Positions 58,401-64,000 of a stretch of DNA of 64,000 bases are shown piece after piece. A program made the position numbers and the translations under genes. How positions within the stretch are numbered: position 1 is the stretch's first letter; each line of letters starts with the position of its first letter. The stretch covers positions 3,808,001 to 3,872,000 of the forward strand of contig CBDDPY010000002.1 of NCBI GenBank assembly GCA_965232515.1, written 5' to 3'. The DNA comes from Alphaproteobacteria bacterium (GTDB taxonomy: Bacteria; Pseudomonadota; Alphaproteobacteria; GCA-2731375). The notes beneath the pieces were generated by a model. The model made no database searches, was not told the origin of the DNA, and saw only the letters and a program-made list of their open reading frames with translations.

Positions 58401-60034
58401 TGACTGAACTGCTGGCGGAAGAAGTGGTGCAGGCCGCGATAGCGGTCCGACAACACGGCAAGCGGCGTGTCGTCGCCCATCGAGCCGGTCGCTTCCTTGG
58501 CGTCCTCGACCATGGGGTGCAGGATCAGCTCGATCTCTTCGTGCGTGTAGCCGGCCGCGACCTGCCGACGGCGCAATTCGGCGCTTTCATAGAGCTCCGG
58601 CTCGCCGGCGTCCTTGCGCACGATGCTGTCCAGCGACTTGATGTTCTGGACCCAGGTCTCGAACGGCTTTTCGGCCGCCAGCCGCTCCTTCAGTTCCTCG
58701 TCGTGGTACAGCTCGCCGGCCGACAGGTCGACGCCGATCATCTGGCCGGGACCGATGCGCCCCTTCTCGATGATCTGCTGCTCCGGCAGCGCCACCATGC
58801 CGGTCTCCGAGCCGCAGAACAGCAGGCCATCGGCGGTGATCGAATAACGCATCGGCCTGAGGCCGTTACGGTCCATGCCGCCGATGATCCAGCGGCCGTC
58901 GGTCGCGGCAATCGCCGCCGGGCCGTCCCACTGCTCCATCAGCGCGTTGCAGTAGGCATACATGGCGCGCTGCGCCGGGCTGATGCCGGCAACCTTCGAC
59001 CAGGCTGGCGGAATCAGCAACGACTTCGCCATCGGCGCGCTGCGGCCGGCCCGCACCAGCAGTTCGAAGGCCGCATCGAGCGCGGCCGAATCCGAACTGC
59101 CGGGCTGGATGATCGGCTTGATGTCGCCGCTGCGGTCGCCCAGCGCTTCGGACGCCATACGGATCTCGTGGCTCTTCATCCAGTTCACGTTGCCCTTCAG
59201 CGTGTTGATCTCGCCGTTGTGGGCGAGCATGCGGAAGGGCTGCGCCAGCCGCCAGGTCGGGAAGGTGTTGGTCGAGTAGCGCTGGTGGAAGATGGCGAAA
59301 TGCGAGATGAAACGGTCGTCCAGCAGGTCCGGATAAAAGGCCGTCAGTTGCTCGGCCAGGAACATCCCCTTGTAGATGATCGAGCGGCAGCTCAGCGAGC
59401 AGATGTAGAACTCGTTGATGCTCACTTCGGCGACGCGGCGTTCGATATGGCGGCGGATGACGTAGAGATCGCGTTCGAACTTTTCCTCGTCGATCGCCTT
59501 CTCGCTGTAGATCATTACCTGCTCGATTTCCGGCCGTGTGGCGTTCGCCTTCTCGCCGGTCACGCCGGTGTCGACCGGCACCTGGCGCCAGCCGTAGATC
59601 TGATAGCCAAGGTTTAGGATCTCGGTCTCGACGATGGTGCGGCAGGTCTCCTGCGCCGCGAAGTCGGTGCGCGGCAGGAACACCATGCCGACCGCCAGCT
59701 TGCCGTCCGTGGGTTCGTGGCCGGTGCGCGCGACGTGCTCTTTGAAGAAGTCCTGCGGGATCTGCACCTGGATGCCGGCGCCGTCGCCGGTCTTGCCGTC
59801 GGCGTCGACGGCGCCGCGGTGCCAGACCGCCTTCAGCGCGTTGATGCCGGCCTGCACGACGCGCCGGCTCGGCTTGCCGTCGATGGCGGCGATGAAGCCG
59901 ACGCCGCAGGAACTGTGCTCGTGCGCGGGGTCGTAAGCATGCGCCGCCTGCAAGCGCGCCGCATTGCGCCGCCAGCGCTCGATCTCGATTTCCCCCGGGG
60001 TCGGCTTGCTGTTGTCCGGCGTTCTGTCGGTCAT
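55475..60034 (-). CDS. gltB: Glutamate synthase large subunit
   Basis: Ntn Cys in HSSCGVGF, HQRYSTNT, AQGAKPGEGGQLPG and 3Fe-4S CILVRQCHSNTC motifs. Confidence 0.97.
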   Translation of the reverse strand: MTDRTPDNSKPTPGEIEIERWRRNAARLQAAHAYDPAHEHSSCGVGFIAAIDGKPSRRVVQAGINALKAVWHRGAVDADGKTGDGAGIQVQIPQDFFKEHVARTGHEPTDGKLAVGMVFLPRTDFAAQETCRTIVETEILNLGYQIYGWRQVPVDTGVTGEKANATRPEIEQVMIYSEKAIDEEKFERDLYVIRRHIERRVAEVSINEFYICSLSCRSIIYKGMFLAEQLTAFYPDLLDDRFISHFAIFHQRYSTNTFPTWRLAQPFRMLAHNGEINTLKGNVNWMKSHEIRMASEALGDRSGDIKPIIQPGSSDSAALDAAFELLVRAGRSAPMAKSLLIPPAWSKVAGISPAQRAMYAYCNALMEQWDGPAAIAATDGRWIIGGMDRNGLRPMRYSITADGLLFCGSETGMVALPEQQIIEKGRIGPGQMIGVDLSAGELYHDEELKERLAAEKPFETWVQNIKSLDSIVRKDAGEPELYESAELRRRQVAAGYTHEEIELILHPMVEDAKEATGSMGDDTPLAVLSDRYRGLHHFFRQQFSQVTNPPIDSLREHQVMTLKTRFGNLGNVLAEDDSQLKVLELDSPVLSNREFEDMRAYMGDFARTIDCTFAPSKGPNAMRDALRRIRDEAEDAVRSGAVHLILTDEGVGTDRAAIPMILAVGGVHTHLVEQGLRTYTSLNCRVAECIDVHAFAVLIGVGATTINAYLAQETIRDRHRRGLLPGLSFEECVQRFRVAADQGLLKVMSKMGIAVLSSYRGAYNFEAVGLSRTLVAEYFPGMTSRISGIGLSGIQQKVTEINGKAFEDEVIALPIGGLYRYRRNGEVHSFDGQLIHVLQEAVANDSYSHYRRFADGVHTMPPVNLRDLLEFKPLGDPVPLDEVESITELRKRFVTGAMSHGALGREAHETLAIAMNQIGAKSDSGEGGEGQERFHPRANGDNANSAIKQIASGRFGVTAEYLNMCEEIEIKIAQGAKPGEGGQLPGFKVTAEIATLRLSTPGVTLISPPPHHDIYSIEDLAQLIYDLKQINPEARVNVKLVAESGIGTIAAGVAKAKADVIMISGHVGGTGASPQTSIKYAGNPWEMGLSEANQLLTLNGLRHRVRLRVDGGIKTGRDVVIAAMLGAEEFGVGTAALVAMGCILVRQCHSNTCPVGICTQDEALRAKFEGTPQKVVNLFSFMAEEVREILAAIGARSIEEIIGRSDLLMQVSRGAPHLDDLDLNPLLVQADSDEHPRFCAVRGRNEVPETLDAQMLQDAEPLMMAGQKMQLAYNVRNIHRAVGTKLSSMITRTFGMTGLQPGHITVRLRGSAGQSLGAFAVQGLRLEVFGDANDYVGKGLSGGDIVVRPVPSSPLKSNENTIIGNTVLYGATGGHLFAAGRAGERFAVRNSGANAVVEGCGANGCEYMTGGVAVILGSVGDNFAAGMTGGMAFIYDPNGEIGVRINADSVIWQPVKTEHWEGVLKDLIGQHVTATQSVFSSRLLNEWDLQLKKFVQVCPKEMVALLAHPLSDEDAAATA

Positions 60035-60047
60035 CTCGAAACCCCCG

Positions 60048-61496
60048 TCAGGACGCGACGGCGAGTGGCGCCGCCGCGCCCTCGGCCTTCGCTTGCATAT
60101 AGCCGTGCATGGCGTCGGCCGCGTCGCGGCCGTCCCGGATCGCCCAAACCACCAGCGAGGCGCCGCGGACGATGTCGCCGGCGGCGAACACGCCATCCAG
60201 ATTTGTCATCAGCGTGCGCAGATCGGCCTTCACCGTGCCCCAGCGCGAGACGCCCAACTCGGGCTCGCCGAACAGCGTCGGCAGGTCCTCGGGGTCGAAG
60301 CCAAGCGCCTTGATGGCGAGATCGCAGTCGAGCGTGAAGTGCGAGTCGTCGACCGGCTCGGGCGATCGCCGGCCGCTCGCATCCGGCGCGCCCAAGCGCA
60401 TGCGCTGCGCGCGTACGCCCGATACCGCGCCGTCGCCGAGAAACGCCTGCGGGCTCGACAGCCAGATGAACTCGACGCCCTCTTCCTCGGCGTGGTTCAC
60501 CTCGCGCATCGAGCCGGGCATGTTGGCGCGGTCGCGCCGATAGAGGCACTTCACAGAGGTCGCGCCCTGGCGCACCGCCGTGCGCACGCAGTCCATCGCC
60601 GTGTCGCCGCCACCGATCACCACGATGTTCTTACCGGCCGCATTCAGTTGTCCGTCGTCGAACGTCGGCACATCATCGCCCAGCCCCTTGCGGTTCGATG
60701 CCGTCAGGAAGTCCATGGCCATGACGATATTCTGCAGGCCGACGCCCGGCACGGCGACGTCGCGGGCGCGATAGACGCCGGTGGCGATCAGGATGCTGTC
60801 ATGCTTCGCGCGCAGATCGGCGAGCGAGGCGTCTCGACCGACCTCGAAATTGAGATGAAAGGTGATGCCGCCGTCTTCCAGCAGCGTTTGCCGCCGCAGG
60901 ACGACGTCCTTCTCCAGCTTGAAGTTCGGAATGCCGTAGAGCAGCAGGCCGCCGACCCGGTCGTAACGGTCGTAGACATGGATCTGATAGCCCCGGCGCC
61001 GCAGCATGTCGGCCGCCGCCAGCCCGCCCGGTCCGGCGCCGATGATGCCGACCGACTGGTCCCGCTCGACAGGCGGCGCCGGCGGTTTCACCAGCCCCAT
61101 ATCGAATGCTGTGTCGGTAATATATTTCTCCACCGACCCGATCGTCACCGATTCGAAACCCTTCTCGATGACACAATTGCCTTCGCAAAGCCGGTCCTGC
61201 GGACAGATTCGGCCGCAGATCTCGGGAAACGTATTGGTGGCCGACGAAACCGCGTAGGCTTCCTCGATTCGCCCCTCGGCGGTCAGCTTCAGCCAGTCGG
61301 GGATGTTGTTGTGCAGTGGGCAATGGATCTGACAGAAGGGGATGCCGCATTGCGAACAGCGCGCCGCCTGGATTTCCGCCTTCTCGCGGGCGTATTCGCG
61401 GTAGATCTCGTCAAAGTCGTTGACGCGCTCGCCCGCTTGCCGTTTCTCCGGCATTTCTTGCGAAACGTCGACGAACTTCAGCATGCGCTCTGACAT
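60048..61496 (-). CDS. gltD: Glutamate synthase small subunit
   Basis: RCSQCGIPFC, CGRICPQDRLCE, GAGPGG and GGGDTAMDC motifs. Confidence 0.96.
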   Translation of the reverse strand: MSERMLKFVDVSQEMPEKRQAGERVNDFDEIYREYAREKAEIQAARCSQCGIPFCQIHCPLHNNIPDWLKLTAEGRIEEAYAVSSATNTFPEICGRICPQDRLCEGNCVIEKGFESVTIGSVEKYITDTAFDMGLVKPPAPPVERDQSVGIIGAGPGGLAAADMLRRRGYQIHVYDRYDRVGGLLLYGIPNFKLEKDVVLRRQTLLEDGGITFHLNFEVGRDASLADLRAKHDSILIATGVYRARDVAVPGVGLQNIVMAMDFLTASNRKGLGDDVPTFDDGQLNAAGKNIVVIGGGDTAMDCVRTAVRQGATSVKCLYRRDRANMPGSMREVNHAEEEGVEFIWLSSPQAFLGDGAVSGVRAQRMRLGAPDASGRRSPEPVDDSHFTLDCDLAIKALGFDPEDLPTLFGEPELGVSRWGTVKADLRTLMTNLDGVFAAGDIVRGASLVVWAIRDGRDAADAMHGYMQAKAEGAAAPLAVAS

Positions 61497-61817
61497 GTTT
61501 CCCCCAACCGTCCAACTAAATTGCTCGGGTTGTTGTCGTCCGGGCCACCGCCACCACGCGCGGTGCCAGGACTTCTGCCGTTCGGCCTTCCCGACCCGGA
61601 AGTTTGAGCGACATTTCTACCCGATCGAACGCAATCAGGCCAGCCGAAAATCAAAAATAGGTCAGCATAGGGTAACTAATACTTGTGACGGCCAGCGCCA
61701 ACTTGACGTCACAGAAACATCCGAATTTGTTCGATCGAAAAATAGTCTCGATTTCGGACTAATGTGGCGAAATCGCATCATACTCTCATCCCCCTGCCGA
61801 CCGCGCGGAGAGTTGGC

Positions 61818-62621
61818 GTGAGCCTGTTGCACATCGTTGTCCTGGCGCTGGTGCAGGGCATTACCGAGTTTCTGCCGATCAGCTCGTCCGCCCATCTGAT
61901 CCTGGTTCCGAAGGTCACCGGCTGGAGCGACCAGGGCGCGGTGCTGGATATCGCCACGCATGTCGGCACGCTGGGCGCGGTCGTGATCTATTTCCATCGC
62001 GACGTCTGGAGCATGCTGCTTGGCTGCGGGCAACTGCTTCGCGGCCGGCGCGACGGCGACGCGCGTTTGGCGCTCAACGTCGCGGTCGCCACCATTCCCG
62101 CGTTGGCGGCGGGGTTGGCGCTGGTGAAGCTCGATCTCTACCCGCTGTTGCGTTCGATCGAGGTGATCGCCTGGGCGACACTCGGCTTCGGCCTGCTGTT
62201 GTACGCCGCCGACCGGTTCGCCGGCACGACCCGCCGGCTGGAGCAGTTCGGAATTGCCGCCGCCGTCTTTGTCGGCCTGATGCAGGCGCTGGCCCTGATC
62301 CCCGGCACCAGCCGGGCCGGCATTACCATCACCGCCGCGCGGCTGCTGGGCACCAACCGCAGCGACGCGGCCCGGTTCTCCATGCTGCTGTCGATCCCGA
62401 CGATCCTCGCCGCCGGCGGCTACGGGAGCTATGAGCTGTTGACCGCCGGCGAGCTGACAATCGGCCTGGACGCCGCGCTGGCGGCGCTGCTGTCGTTCGC
62501 CGCCTCGCTCCTGGCCATCTGGGGCCTGATGCGCTGGGTGCGGCAATCGAGCTACACGCCGTTCGTCGTCTACCGGGTGTTTCTGGCCGCGGTTCTGTTC
62601 TGGTGGATCTATGCCGGCTGA
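61818..62621 (+). CDS. uppP: Undecaprenyl-diphosphate phosphatase
   Basis: QGITEFLPISSSAH and PGTSRAGIT motifs; GTG start with GGAG RBS. Confidence 0.95.
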   Translation: MSLLHIVVLALVQGITEFLPISSSAHLILVPKVTGWSDQGAVLDIATHVGTLGAVVIYFHRDVWSMLLGCGQLLRGRRDGDARLALNVAVATIPALAAGLALVKLDLYPLLRSIEVIAWATLGFGLLLYAADRFAGTTRRLEQFGIAAAVFVGLMQALALIPGTSRAGITITAARLLGTNRSDAARFSMLLSIPTILAAGGYGSYELLTAGELTIGLDAALAALLSFAASLLAIWGLMRWVRQSSYTPFVVYRVFLAAVLFWWIYAG

Positions 62622-62627
62622 GCCCGC

Positions 62628-63578
62628 TCAGCCCAGGCGCGACGGCACCAGCCTGCCGCCGCGGCGATACCGGAACAGGTAGCTCGGCACGATGGCGTCG
62701 ACCGACGTCGGCGTGATGCCGAGATCGCTCAGCCCCGGCGCGTCCGCCGACGCGACGTTGTCGGATTTCAGCAGTTCGACCTGGTCCATGGTCAGCGGCG
62801 GGGTCGGCAGCAGTTGCAGGAACGCCGCCTCGAACTTCGCCAAGCCGAACGGCAACGGCAGCAGCAGACGCCGCCGGCCGGTCTGCTCCAGCACTACCTG
62901 CATCAGTTCCTTGAAGGTGTAAACGCGCGGGCCGCCTAATTCATAGGTCTTGCCGGCCGCGTCGGCACTTTCAAGCACGGCGACGATGGCGTCCGCCACG
63001 TCGCCGACATAGACCGGCTGAAAGCGGGTTTCGCCGCCGCCGATCAACGGCAGGGCAGGCAGGATGGTCGCCAGCGCGCCGAAGCGGTTGAAGAAGTCGT
63101 CCTCAGGACCGAACACCACCGACGGCCGCAGCACGGTCGCCGACGGAAATGCGTCCAGCACCGCGGCCTCCCCGGCCGCCTTGCTGCGGGCATAGGCCGC
63201 CGACGATTCCAGATCCGCGCCGATTGCCGAGACCTGAACCAGTCGTTCGGCGCCGGCGGCCGCGGCCGCTTCGGCGATGCGGGCCGCGCCGGCGCCATGG
63301 ACCGCATCGAAGCGCTGCCGGCCCCGCTCGAACAGAATGCCGACGCAATTCACCACCGCGTCGGCGCCGTCGACGGCCCGCGCCACCGACGGTACGTTGC
63401 GGATGTTGGTCGCCACCGGAACCACCTGGCCGACGTCGCCCATGGGCTTCAGGAACGCCGCCGCCTCCGGGTCGCGCACCGCCACCCGCACACGCGAACC
63501 GCGCGCGGCAAGCCGCTTGACAAGATATCGGCCGATGAATCCGGAGCCCCCAAAAACCGTGACGTTGGCGAGCGTCAT
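62628..63578 (-). CDS. Complex I NDUFA9-like NAD(P)-binding protein
   Basis: VFGGSGFIGRY, LKPMGDVGQV, YARSK and RPSVVFGPEDDFFN motifs. Confidence 0.92.
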   Translation of the reverse strand: MTLANVTVFGGSGFIGRYLVKRLAARGSRVRVAVRDPEAAAFLKPMGDVGQVVPVATNIRNVPSVARAVDGADAVVNCVGILFERGRQRFDAVHGAGAARIAEAAAAAGAERLVQVSAIGADLESSAAYARSKAAGEAAVLDAFPSATVLRPSVVFGPEDDFFNRFGALATILPALPLIGGGETRFQPVYVGDVADAIVAVLESADAAGKTYELGGPRVYTFKELMQVVLEQTGRRRLLLPLPFGLAKFEAAFLQLLPTPPLTMDQVELLKSDNVASADAPGLSDLGITPTSVDAIVPSYLFRYRRGGRLVPSRLG

Positions 63579-63729
63579 GCAATCCTCCAGAAGATCCGCC
63601 GGAATCGCGGACGGCGGCCCCTATATAGATCGCGGACGAACAGGTCGGCAACAACGCATCGATGCGAAAGAGCCGGCCATGACGGCCGGGGCTCGCCCGG
63701 CATTGTCCGGGTCAAACGACGGGCTGTGC

Positions 63730-63758
63730 TTGACATACCCGCGACGCGGCGATATCGA
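63730..63758 (+). promoter_or_regulatory. Sigma70-type promoter of tRNA-Leu
   Basis: TTGACA at 63730-63735 with a GATATC -10-like region. Confidence 0.5.
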
Positions 63759-63770
63759 AGCCGTCAACTT

Positions 63771-63857
63771 GCCCAGGTGGCGGAATTGGTAGACGCGCTA
63801 GCTTCAGGTGCTAGTGACCGTAAGGTCGTGGAAGTTCGAGTCTTCTCCTGGGCACCA
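63771..63857 (+). tRNA. tRNA-Leu (anticodon CAG)
   Basis: GCCCAGGTGGCGGAATTGGTAGACGCG-CTAGC-TTCAGGT-GCTAG, variable arm, GTTCGAGTC, CCTGGGCACCA. Confidence 0.97.
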
Positions 63858-63915
63858 ACTCACCCAGCCGGTCGAACGACATCGGCGGCCGGCGCCGGTT
63901 GAAGCCACCTCTGAC

Positions 63916-64000
63916 ATGAGCATCACCCTGCATCGCGGCGATCTGCCGGCCGGGCTGGCTTTCGAGGGCATGGTCGCCATCGACAGCGAGACCATGGGCC
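63916..64000 (+). CDS. rnd: Ribonuclease D (short alphaproteobacterial type), 3'-truncated by window edge
   Basis: MSITLHRGDLP...VAIDSETMG contains the first DxE motif of the DEDD 3'-5' exonuclease. Confidence 0.75.
   Translation, partial: MSITLHRGDLPAGLAFEGMVAIDSETMG

Noticed and set aside
1-64000. CRISPR arrays, IS elements, integrases, prophage or defence genes
   Set aside because: No regularly spaced repeats, transposase or recombinase motifs, or phage-like ORFs were seen anywhere in the window.

Overview
High-GC alphaproteobacterial chromosome segment (Rhodospirillales-like gene order; taxon inferred, not proven) with two halves meeting at a tRNA-Ser(GGA) gene (33994-34084). The right half (34-64 kb) is ordinary core genome: lepA, pheST, rplT-rpmI, infC, thrS, LPS glycosyltransferases, queG, fzlA-like GST, gltBD, uppP, tRNA-Leu(CAG) and the start of rnd. 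The left half (1-33.9 kb) is accessory and catabolic, with two complete but unassigned pathways. Cluster A (1-18.7 kb) has a TAXI-TRAP transporter, an IclR regulator, an OYE-like Fe-S flavoenzyme, two paralogous amidohydrolase + CoA-ligase modules, a tandem alpha/beta-hydrolase, a FAD oxidase, a crotonase, an MmgE/PrpD protein and an acyl-CoA dehydrogenase. Several of these enzymes carry non-canonical catalytic residues. Cluster B (20.6-33.9 kb) has a GntR regulator, hydantoinase/oxoprolinase A+B, a class-III aminotransferase, a ThDP enzyme and a Liv-type ABC importer, and its two promoters share a near-identical 16-bp box. No integrase, transposase, CRISPR array or rRNA was seen. All products were assigned by eye from motifs; no database search was run.
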